DNA of 31,680 nucleotides from the IMG/VR virus record IMGVR_UViG_3300031772_000008; one strand, written 5' to 3'. Below the pieces are notes generated by a model. The model did no database searches and had not been told where the DNA came from. It saw only the letters and a program-made list of their open reading frames with translations. The translations under genes were made by a program, and so were the position numbers. The stretch comes from an uncultured virus (IMG/VR IMGVR_UViG_3300031772_000008). Lineage: Duplodnaviria > Heunggongvirae > Uroviricota > Caudoviricetes. How positions within the stretch are numbered: the stretch's first letter is position 1; the number at the start of each line of letters is the position of its first letter. This document shows positions 25,208 through 31,680 of the stretch, one piece after another.

Positions 25208-26202
25208 GAGAAGATACGCTTCCTTCTGAGTTCGCTGAATTGTCTGGTAGAGTAAACTTTGTCCACCGCAAAGGTCAGTACGAATATTCTTCAAGTTGCC
25301 CTAGGTGTGGGGGTGGGATACATTCTGATGGAGAATTTTCTGACAGGTTCGTTATGTTTTTACCAGGTAGAAAAGGGATGGACTTTGCCTTTGGGTTCTG
25401 TAGAAAATGCGGGACGAAATGGTGGCCTGGGCAGAGAGATGGACGAGAGGTAGACCCTGCTACACTCGCTTTATTAGAAAGACAAGCCAAAGAAGCAGAG
25501 GAAAGACACAAGGAAGAACGCAGAGTTAAATTAGCACAGTTTAGTACAACTGAATTGTGGAATGAGCTACACGATAGACTAGGGATAGATGAAAGGAAGT
25601 GGTGGACTGACAATGGCATCCCCTCAGAGTGGCAAGATTACCTTAAGCTTGGTTACACACCAGATAAAATTTACCAAAGTATTAATGGGCTACTTCACAG
25701 CCCAGCTTACACCATCCCATACTTTATTTACGGCTTTGTATTTCGGACTATACAATATAGGTTATGTGATCCTGATAATCCCAAGGATAGGTACAGGTTT
25801 GAGTCTGACCTTGGAACTTCATACTATATGACAACACCGTCATTAAAGATAGGCGACCAAGTTATTATTTGCGAGGGGGCGAAGAAAGGAATGGTCACTA
25901 AGATATGGGGGGAAAATAAGACTACTGTATTAGCAGTACCCAGTAAAACAGACTGGAGAAGTTGTGGAATATTAGAAGCAGTAAAGGATTGTGGAAGAGT
26001 GTATATTTTATTCGACCCAGACTGTTATGAACAGCCACCTGATTCAAATAGCTGGACACCTCAACCAATATTATTTGCTAAAGAAATAGGAAAGAACGCA
26101 AGGGTGATGGAGTGCCCAGTAAAGGTAGATGATGCGTTTATATATTATGGAATGGATCAGAATGAATGGAACGCTTTGAAGAAACAAGCAGTGAAGTTAT
26201 GA
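25204..26202 (+). CDS. DNA primase-like protein (zinc finger + TOPRIM)
   Basis: CPRCGG..DRF..FCRKC zinc finger; LGY, TIPY, IQYR, RYR; IICEGAKK and ILFDPD TOPRIM motifs. Confidence 0.75.
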   Translation: MREDTLPSEFAELSGRVNFVHRKGQYEYSSSCPRCGGGIHSDGEFSDRFVMFLPGRKGMDFAFGFCRKCGTKWWPGQRDGREVDPATLALLERQAKEAEERHKEERRVKLAQFSTTELWNELHDRLGIDERKWWTDNGIPSEWQDYLKLGYTPDKIYQSINGLLHSPAYTIPYFIYGFVFRTIQYRLCDPDNPKDRYRFESDLGTSYYMTTPSLKIGDQVIICEGAKKGMVTKIWGENKTTVLAVPSKTDWRSCGILEAVKDCGRVYILFDPDCYEQPPDSNSWTPQPILFAKEIGKNARVMECPVKVDDAFIYYGMDQNEWNALKKQAVKL

Positions 26203-26381
26203 GTGGAATTTTTGTTACTGCGATCTATAATACCAGGCACGAGTATTGGTGTTTAGCAAGAGGAACAGAAACGTTTTACGATGAACATAGATTCTTGAGG
26301 ACTTGGGAAACCAAGCAAGAAGCAATTGATTGGCTTAAAAATAATCACCCAGAATTTACATTGGTTGAAACTGATGATTGA
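26199..26381 (+). CDS. Hypothetical protein
   Basis: ATGA overlap at 26199; WETKQEAIDWL motif. Confidence 0.6.
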   Translation: MSGIFVTAIYNTRHEYWCLARGTETFYDEHRFLRTWETKQEAIDWLKNNHPEFTLVETDD

Positions 26382-26823
26382 TTACATAAAACCGATTTAC
26401 GGTAAACATCCTAGTAAAAAAATGATGTTCAAAGCAGAATGTGGAGGCTGCGGAAAACTATTAAGACGAAACGCGAGGAATAAAATAGGTTATATATGTT
26501 CGGAGTGCAGTCCCAGAATAAGACATGATAACGATTCAAGTGTTTGTTATGATTGTCCATTTGTAATAGATTGTACTGCTAGAGTTCAGTTAGGGTTATG
26601 GCTTCGTTGTGAAACCCCAGATATTGCAGACTTAGAAAGGCTTAATTTTGCAGGAGGATTAGACGATGAAGGAGTTCGACGAGAGTTGGAAAGTACGATG
26701 GTCGGGAGAGGGGATCGGAAGGTTCTGGAAAAGGCAGTTAGCCAAAGCGCGTCGAAGATATATCAAAGCTGTGTTGAGGGGGGAGAAAGGAAAATACCCA
26801 TTCAGATACGAGACAGAATGTAA
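26374..26823 (+). CDS. Cys-rich putative zinc-binding protein
   Basis: CGGC, CSEC, CYDC..C..C motifs; its C-terminal third overlaps the next gene. Confidence 0.6.
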   Translation: MIDYIKPIYGKHPSKKMMFKAECGGCGKLLRRNARNKIGYICSECSPRIRHDNDSSVCYDCPFVIDCTARVQLGLWLRCETPDIADLERLNFAGGLDDEGVRRELESTMVGRGDRKVLEKAVSQSASKIYQSCVEGGERKIPIQIRDRM

Positions 26824-26839
26824 CTGGAAAAATCACTAG
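26666..26839 (+). CDS. Small basic protein (57 aa), not in the ORF track
   Basis: AGGAGG SD 8 nt before ATG 26666; MKEFDESWKVRWSGEGIGRFWKRQLAKARRRYIKAVLRGEKGKYPFRYETECNWKNH; its stop overlaps the SD of the next gene. Confidence 0.7.
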   Translation: MKEFDESWKVRWSGEGIGRFWKRQLAKARRRYIKAVLRGEKGKYPFRYETECNWKNH

Positions 26840-26847
26840 GAGATGTT

Positions 26848-27033
26848 ATGGAAGATATTAAGTTTTCTTATTGCGTAAATTGCTACGAGCGTCAGGATTT
26901 TATTCTTGTGAACGGTGTGTGGATTTGTAAAACTTGCAATAAACCAATGCAAAGAGCCACGGAAAGAATAGATAAATCATTGACTAATACAAGCAGTTCA
27001 GGTACAATTGTAACAGGAGGCAACTATGGCTAA
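26848..27033 (+). CDS. Small zinc-ribbon protein
   Basis: AGGAG SD; CVNC..WICKTC. Confidence 0.65.
   Translation: MEDIKFSYCVNCYERQDFILVNGVWICKTCNKPMQRATERIDKSLTNTSSSGTIVTGGNYG
26980..27008 (+). promoter_or_regulatory. Sigma70-type promoter TTGACT-N17-TACAAT
   Basis: TTGACT 26980-26985, TACAAT 27003-27008. Confidence 0.75.
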
Positions 27034-27064
27034 AAAAAAGAAGCCATGCAAGACAAAGAAATGA
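27026..27064 (+). CDS. 12-aa lysine-rich micropeptide MAKKKKPCKTKK
   Basis: AGGAGG-5nt-ATG directly after the promoter; TGA at 27062-27064. Confidence 0.6.
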   Translation: MAKKKKPCKTKK

Positions 27065-27068
27065 TCTA

Positions 27069-27198
27069 TGGGCGGCGGTGTGGTTGGGAACACACAGGCA
27101 GAACCGTAATGTATGAACAATACTAATCGTCGCATTGTCTAAATAAAGGGAACACTTCTGGTGAAAAGCCCACATCAGGTTCGAATCCTGACCGCCCA
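27069..27198 (+). ncRNA. tRNA-like RNA (130 nt) with acceptor stem, D-arm and T-arm but an ~80-nt middle region
   Basis: TGGGCGG/CCGCCCA 7-bp stem; GTGTG-GTTGGGAA-CACAC D-like arm after a 2-nt linker; TCAGG-TTCGAAT-CCTGA T-arm adjoining the acceptor strand; no canonical anticodon arm. Confidence 0.75.
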
Positions 27199-27204
27199 TT
27201 TTAT

Positions 27205-27451
27205 GCGCTCTATTTGTTTGGCGCTAGGCGAAGTAATCCTATATTACAACCAGACAAAGGTAAGGGACTAGCAACCGAGCGCGATGGGACTGCTTCGCTA
27301 TTACATAGGGATGTAACACGCATAGGAATAGCCCAACTGAAAGCACGAATGTGCCGTAGGTTGCGTGGCAAGGTGTCCTGCCAAAATTAAAACTATCGGG
27401 GTATAGGAGCAGGTGAAATGCCCCGAGCCTTGCCAAAGACTAACTTACCTG
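27205..27451 (+). ncRNA. Candidate structured RNA (~250 nt) with pseudoknots
   Basis: GCGCTC/GAGCGC, TTTGTTTGG/CCAGACAAA, GCGAAGTAATCCTAT/ATGGGACTGCTTCGC, TTACAT/ATGTAA, ACGCA/TGCGT, TGGCAAGG/CCTTGCCA, TCGGGGTAT/ATGCCCCGA, CAGGTGA/TTACCTG. Confidence 0.65.
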
Positions 27452-27459
27452 AAAAAGAT

Positions 27460-27476
27460 TTGACAAAAAATGTCAA
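27460..27476. promoter_or_regulatory. Palindrome TTGACA-N5-TGTCAA (operator-like; each arm is a -35 consensus)
   Basis: Perfect inverted repeat 30 nt upstream of ATG 27506. Confidence 0.55.
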
Positions 27477-27505
27477 TTTATGGTTACAAATAAAAAAGGA
27501 GACCA

Positions 27506-27688
27506 ATGAGTAAACTAAGTATAGCCGCATTTTTATCTTTATTTCCAAACCTCAGTAAATCTTCAAAACATGATTGGGTGTTCAGTCATAAAAATATAAA
27601 ACCGAGTGGAATTACCAAACACAAACCAAAGCCGGGGCGCAATCATCCTGTTAAGGGATACGATCAAGAAAATCATAAATGGATTTAA
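27506..27688 (+). CDS. Small basic hypothetical protein
   Basis: AAGGAG SD; 60-aa Lys/His-rich ORF. Confidence 0.6.
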   Translation: MSKLSIAAFLSLFPNLSKSSKHDWVFSHKNIKPSGITKHKPKPGRNHPVKGYDQENHKWI

Positions 27689-27700
27689 AAAAGGAGATAA

Positions 27701-28354
27701 ATGGAAACAAATGAAAAGTTAGATCAGTTAGCAGAATTTCAGTCTCAGCGCGACTCGATTGAAATCGAAAAACGTGCGTTACTTGACGAGGTTAAAATAC
27801 CATCCGAAGTCGAAGAAATTGTTGCTGAGGGCATGAAGAAAATGAGTGAGGTGGAAGAAACATTTTATCCAACCTTAGAATTACTCAAAGAAAAGACCGA
27901 AAAGAAACTGGCATTGATTGTCGTCCCTGACGAAATAAAAACTGCGCTTGCAGAAATTGATAGACAACGCGCCGAGATTATAGAGCATCAAACAAAAAAT
28001 GAGGCAGAAATAGCACAATGTATCCGTGCGGTCAAAGCTGAAATACAAGCCAATGTAGAGGCGAAAACAAAAGATATTTATGCTGCTATTGCCCAGCGTA
28101 AGGCTGAGATCGAAGTTGAGTTTTCCGGTAAGGCTGAAGCAGTTGATGAGAACATTAAGAAACTGACCGAGGAAATTAAATCTGACGTATTAACTATGGG
28201 TGTTTCAGTAAAAGGGAAATACTACCAGGGTATTTATGTAAAAGGACGCGTGACTTGGGATACTAGTAAAATGGATGGATATGCAGTTGGTCATCCAGAG
28301 GTTCTATTCATGCGCAAAGAAGGCGATCCATCTTGCACCATCAGGAAAATATAA
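27701..28354 (+). CDS. Coiled-coil protein, Mu Gam / Siphovirus gp157-like
   Basis: AAGGAG SD; long coiled coil then KGRVTWDTSKMDGYAVGHPEVLFMRKEGDPSCTIR beta-rich tail. Confidence 0.5.
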   Translation: METNEKLDQLAEFQSQRDSIEIEKRALLDEVKIPSEVEEIVAEGMKKMSEVEETFYPTLELLKEKTEKKLALIVVPDEIKTALAEIDRQRAEIIEHQTKNEAEIAQCIRAVKAEIQANVEAKTKDIYAAIAQRKAEIEVEFSGKAEAVDENIKKLTEEIKSDVLTMGVSVKGKYYQGIYVKGRVTWDTSKMDGYAVGHPEVLFMRKEGDPSCTIRKI

Positions 28355-28365
28355 AAAGGAGATAA

Positions 28366-28458
28366 ATGATATTCATTACAGTATCTACGATCAGCGTTGT
28401 TTTAGTTCTTTTTGTGGGGCTGTGCTGTTTACTGGCTTTACTTGCACCCAGTCAGTAA
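28366..28458 (+). CDS. 30-aa hydrophobic single-helix peptide, not in the ORF track
   Basis: AAGGAG-4nt-ATG; MIFITVSTISVVLVLFVGLCCLLALLAPSQ. Confidence 0.65.
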   Translation: MIFITVSTISVVLVLFVGLCCLLALLAPSQ

Positions 28459-28469
28459 TGTGATATAAT
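28442..28469 (+). promoter_or_regulatory. Sigma70-type promoter TTGCAC-N16-TATAAT with extended TG
   Basis: TTGCAC 28442-28447, TGA-TATAAT 28461-28469; predicted start near 28476. Confidence 0.75.
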
Positions 28470-28477
28470 ATGGATGA

Positions 28478-28940
28478 TTCTAGGTACAGATAGTGTTTTT
28501 ATTTACAGCTATAACAGCCTCGGCTGATAGCAAGTGCGCCCGAACACTGTCTCTACCTAGAAGTAAAAACATGTTGGGCGCACTTATATTATCAATTCCT
28601 TGCTCATAGGCGGAGCGGATAGGCGAGGATACATACGAACTGAGAGGAAACTCTCTAGGCAGAAACTGCTCCAACTGTTACTGTCGTAGACAACGACTGG
28701 TTTAACCTCAAGACATTTTATATGCGCCTCGGACAAAGCAGGGAACAGCGAGGTTCGTCCCTAATAGGGATTAGCGAAAAGATGGTTGAACCGACTCCCA
28801 CTCTGAAAGGAGTGAGAAACTCAAGTTCTTTCTTGCTTGGTTTATTTTTTTTTTGAACTTGTTTTTCGAAGGAGTCGCCAGGGCTGCCCTGGGAGAACTG
28901 TTTAAGTTCACCAGAGAAAGGTTAACGAATACGGTTAACA
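28478..28940 (+). ncRNA. Large highly structured RNA or leader (~460 nt) upstream of the replication genes
   Basis: More than a dozen helices, including TTCTAGGTA/TACCTAGAA, AGATAGTGTTT/GAACACTGTCT, AAGTGCGCCC/GGGCGCACTT, GAGAG-GAAA-CTCTC, CACTCT-GAAA-GGAGTG, CGACTCC/GGAGTCG, CAAGTTC/GAACTTG and CCAGGG/CCCTGG; no plus-strand ORF in the track. Confidence 0.7.
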
Positions 28941-29010
28941 AACAATATAGTATACTTAATGCTACTAGATAGCAAGGGCAGTTCTATTCCCTAATACGGA
29001 AGGAGAATGT

Positions 29011-29568
29011 ATGACACAAACTATGACACGAGGAATCCGATTGGCGATTACTGAAACGCTTGCCAAGTATGGAATTGATAATGTAGTCCTGGATATGGAA
29101 CTCACAAAAGTTATAACTGATATTATCCAAACGAAACAACCCAAACGAACTTTAGAACAATTGAATAAGGAAACAGAGGATGCGTTTTTTGCATCTTTAG
29201 CGAGTAAATCATCTGGATACGAACAATTTCCAGAGGATATAAGACCTTATGCAGAAAAGTTCTGTACGTTATATAAGATAAAACCACCTATTAGACCTCA
29301 CAAACAAAGAGAACGTAGTGAGTTTTCATTCTGGATAACATCTTTGCGTGAATTAATGGATGCCTGTGGTGAGTATGGTAGTGATCTATTAATTGAAATG
29401 CGCAAGGAATACGAGGGAGAGATGCAGGGAGGTCTTGCACCTTTTCGTGTGACAAGTCCTGCTAGTTTAGTGAAGTCTGCGCGTGGTAAAGCTGGTATGA
29501 AACGTCAGGGAATAAGTGGAACTATAAAGCAAGGTAAGCCTAAGTATCATTCTCTTCTGGATGTATGA
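29011..29568 (+). CDS. Hypothetical protein, possibly replication initiator or helicase loader
   Basis: AAGGAG SD; ATGA-coupled to the DnaB-like gene; function inferred from position only. Confidence 0.5.
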   Translation: MTQTMTRGIRLAITETLAKYGIDNVVLDMELTKVITDIIQTKQPKRTLEQLNKETEDAFFASLASKSSGYEQFPEDIRPYAEKFCTLYKIKPPIRPHKQRERSEFSFWITSLRELMDACGEYGSDLLIEMRKEYEGEMQGGLAPFRVTSPASLVKSARGKAGMKRQGISGTIKQGKPKYHSLLDV

Positions 29569-30566
29569 TGACTGATCCATTAGATATTATCTTTTCACCT
29601 GCACAAGTAGCAAGAGCCGGTACAGCATATATAGAAGCGCGTGCCTCGAATAAAACCGAAGGGATACCGTTCTATCTTCCTGCGATGGACGAGAAACTAC
29701 TTCCTTTATTACCAGGTGAGTTACTAACAATCATTGGAAGACCTGGTGCAGGAAAGAGCGCGGTTTCGATGTACTGGGCGAGATCAAGGGCAAAGTGGTT
29801 GCAAGACAGAAATATAGACGACCGTGTTGTGGTATTTTTAACTCTGGAGCAATCAGTGGAAGAACTCTACGCTTTCCACGTTGCCTCAGAAACAGGTATA
29901 CCAGTAGATATTATGGCTAGAGGGCATCTTGATAAAGACCAGATAGAATTAGTAAGAAACTATGGGGTAAGGCGTTCTACGTTAAATTTATGGCTTATGG
30001 GACACTCAATTGAAAGACGCAAGAAAAGACCTCGTATTAATCTTACCAATATATCCGAATCTTTAACGCGTGTAGAAAATTGGGAAGAGCAGGGTAAAAG
30101 AGACCTTAAAATAGACATGATATTTGTGGATTATTTGCAGAGAATTCCGTTTGAAGGAAGTCCAGAAAGTAAGGTTATTGGTATAGATGAGAACCTTAAT
30201 AAGTTAAAAGATATGGCGTTGATGTTTGCGTGTCCAGTTGTTTGTGGAGTTCAAGCGAGAAGAGAAGTGGATGATAGAGACCCTGCTATTCCAGAACTAG
30301 CAGATGGGCAATGGTCTTCGAGCGTAGAACAAACCAGCGATAAGATTCTTTCAGTAGTGCGCCCGATAAAGTATAAGAAAGAGGGTGAAACATTTGGTAA
30401 AATGATAGTGCAGGGCAGAAATCAAATGTTACTATGTATATTAAAACAAAGACTGGGGGACAGCCCGTGGTTGATCTGGACAAGCTTTGACCCTCAGTAC
30501 AATAGAATGATAGATGCTGAGGTAAGAGATTATAATCTAACCGAGGAGGCTTGGAGTGATAAATGA
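29565..30566 (+). CDS. dnaB: DnaB-like replicative helicase (C-terminal RecA-type domain only)
   Basis: GELLTIIGRPGAGKS Walker A, FLTLEQS, IFVDYLQRI, GVQARRE, SSSVEQTSD, LKQRLG. Confidence 0.9.
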   Translation: MMTDPLDIIFSPAQVARAGTAYIEARASNKTEGIPFYLPAMDEKLLPLLPGELLTIIGRPGAGKSAVSMYWARSRAKWLQDRNIDDRVVVFLTLEQSVEELYAFHVASETGIPVDIMARGHLDKDQIELVRNYGVRRSTLNLWLMGHSIERRKKRPRINLTNISESLTRVENWEEQGKRDLKIDMIFVDYLQRIPFEGSPESKVIGIDENLNKLKDMALMFACPVVCGVQARREVDDRDPAIPELADGQWSSSVEQTSDKILSVVRPIKYKKEGETFGKMIVQGRNQMLLCILKQRLGDSPWLIWTSFDPQYNRMIDAEVRDYNLTEEAWSDK

Positions 30567-30970
30567 ACGCTGAAGAAGTAAAGCAGGAAATCTTGTCTTG
30601 GATGAACCATGTACCACCATTGAATGGATGTGCTATTCCAAGTGCTGGAGAGAGAGGCACAATAACAGGTTTGATGAACTATGCGTTAAAACTAGATGCG
30701 GATATGAGTATTGCAAATGACCGCAGAAGAACTGTGCTCGCATGGATTTTCAGGGATTTACTCAATAAACCAATGGCAGGTGCTATAAGTGCAAAAGAAT
30801 TAAGTGACGAGATGTGGTGGGCCATGACAAAATGGGCTGACGTGCATCGAGATCAAGACACTGGTAAGTGGATGGGTAAGTTTGGATTCGAGGACGATGT
30901 AGTAACGTGTTTAAGGGCGATGGAATCCTGGGAGCATTTTATGAATAGTCAACTAGGGTTCGATGTATGA
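30563..30970 (+). CDS. Hypothetical protein
   Basis: 135-aa ORF with ATGA overlaps on both sides. Confidence 0.75.
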   Translation: MNAEEVKQEILSWMNHVPPLNGCAIPSAGERGTITGLMNYALKLDADMSIANDRRRTVLAWIFRDLLNKPMAGAISAKELSDEMWWAMTKWADVHRDQDTGKWMGKFGFEDDVVTCLRAMESWEHFMNSQLGFDV

Positions 30971-31224
30971 AGAAAAAGAAAGATTTCAGTGTAGTGTGTC
31001 ATGGATATAATGTTAAGTGTTCTCCTGTGGGGAGGCAGGAATACTCGAATTGTTATATTGAATCTGGAAGAGTTACCGGACATCCTACGGATACGATATA
31101 CTTAAGAGTATGCAACGATGAAATGCCTGAACCTTCGATACTTCTATTGCGTCCAGATGAAGCAAAGGCTATAATATGGGTGTTAAGTGGTGTGTTATGG
31201 TGTCAGGGAATGGAGAAGATTTAA
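30967..31224 (+). CDS. Hypothetical protein
   Basis: 85-aa ORF coupled to both neighbours; GHPTDTIYLR..LLLRPDEA motif. Confidence 0.7.
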   Translation: MKKKKDFSVVCHGYNVKCSPVGRQEYSNCYIESGRVTGHPTDTIYLRVCNDEMPEPSILLLRPDEAKAIIWVLSGVLWCQGMEKI

Positions 31225-31679
31225 TGGATAAAATGCTTAATCTTGACGATATTATTTCAACTACGGACACGGATGAAGTAGTAAAATCTGTCCTTGAATC
31301 AGGGGAGTTTGACCCAACCAGGGAAGCCGGCAGTATTTTACCTTACTTGCGCAAGGTCTCGATAAACGATTTAGTCCCGTCTGAGTATCAAGACCAGTTA
31401 ATGGCATTAGATTCGACTCTCTCTTCGTGTTTTTGGCAGATTGGAGATATAACGGACACTTTAATTAATTCAGTAAACAGAGAAAGAAGTGCTGAACTGG
31501 GTAAGTTAGTATCGAATACAGATATATTCTATGCGGTGGGTTATTTTTGCCATAGGGCAGCCAGGACTGTACGCAGTTATTATGAAAACTCAAGATTTTT
31601 CTCTCCAATAACCCGTGCTAAATACAACATTCCATATAGTGTATATGTTGTAGCGCGGTGGGTAAAAGACTGGGAATTG
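31224..31679 (+). CDS. Hypothetical protein, N-terminal part; runs off the window
   Basis: TAATG overlap at 31224; open for 152 codons (MDKMLNLDDII..FWQIGDI..ARTVRSYY). Confidence 0.75.
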   Translation, partial: MDKMLNLDDIISTTDTDEVVKSVLESGEFDPTREAGSILPYLRKVSINDLVPSEYQDQLMALDSTLSSCFWQIGDITDTLINSVNRERSAELGKLVSNTDIFYAVGYFCHRAARTVRSYYENSRFFSPITRAKYNIPYSVYVVARWVKDWEL

Positions 31680-31680
31680 A

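Noticed and set aside
27069..27198. tmRNA or functional tRNA
   Set aside because: No G3-U70 alanine identity pair, no credible tag reading frame, too short for tmRNA, and no canonical anticodon arm.
28641..28670. GAGGAAA resembling the RNase P RNA core
   Set aside because: It is a simple GAAA tetraloop hairpin; GAGGAAAGUCC and the 3' P4 partner are absent.
28630..28880. Group I intron-like words (AAACTGCT, CAACGACT, GACAAAGCAGGG, GACTCC/GGAGTC)
   Set aside because: The R-like word precedes the Q-like word, no P3 pairing fits, and no interrupted gene flanks the region.
25072..30660. Minus-strand ORFs at 25072, 25275, 26984, 27239, 28480 and 30286
   Set aside because: They lie opposite real genes or structured RNAs and show no protein motifs.
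1..31680. Diversity-generating retroelement, retron, Cas/TnpB nuclease, integrase or genetic-code reassignment
   Set aside because: No reverse transcriptase, RuvC-type guide nuclease or recombinase motifs were seen, and genes tile densely under the standard code using all three stop codons.

Overview
A 31.7-kb segment of a tailed dsDNA bacteriophage or prophage. No integrase or att site is visible, and the host cannot be established from the sequence alone. The minus strand (1-24.9 kb) carries TerS, TerL, portal, a gpF-like minor head protein, a VRR-NUC nuclease, a protease/scaffold and the major capsid protein. Two enzyme clusters flank this head module: (A) 1-6.2 kb with an NAD-dependent epimerase, a 1006-aa GT4-GT2-GT2-HhH fusion, an FdtA-type isomerase, a SAM methyltransferase, a GT-A enzyme and an HNH-AP2 endonuclease behind an Arc-like regulator; (B) 14.8-21.3 kb, between terS and terL, with a radical SAM enzyme, GT8-like and exostosin/GT47 glycosyltransferases, three methyltransferase genes and a metallophosphoesterase. 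The plus strand (25-31.7 kb) is the replication arm, with a primase-like protein, a Gam/gp157-like protein and a DnaB-like helicase. The least explained signals are non-coding: a promoter-driven unit of 12-aa Lys peptide + tRNA-like RNA with an oversized middle arm + ~250-nt pseudoknotted RNA (26980-27451), a ~460-nt highly structured RNA starting just after its own promoter (28478-28940), a second T-loop-bearing element (6618-6722), and a repeated promoter-proximal terminator motif. All product calls come from motif recognition by eye and all RNA pairings were read by hand; no searches or folding programs were run.
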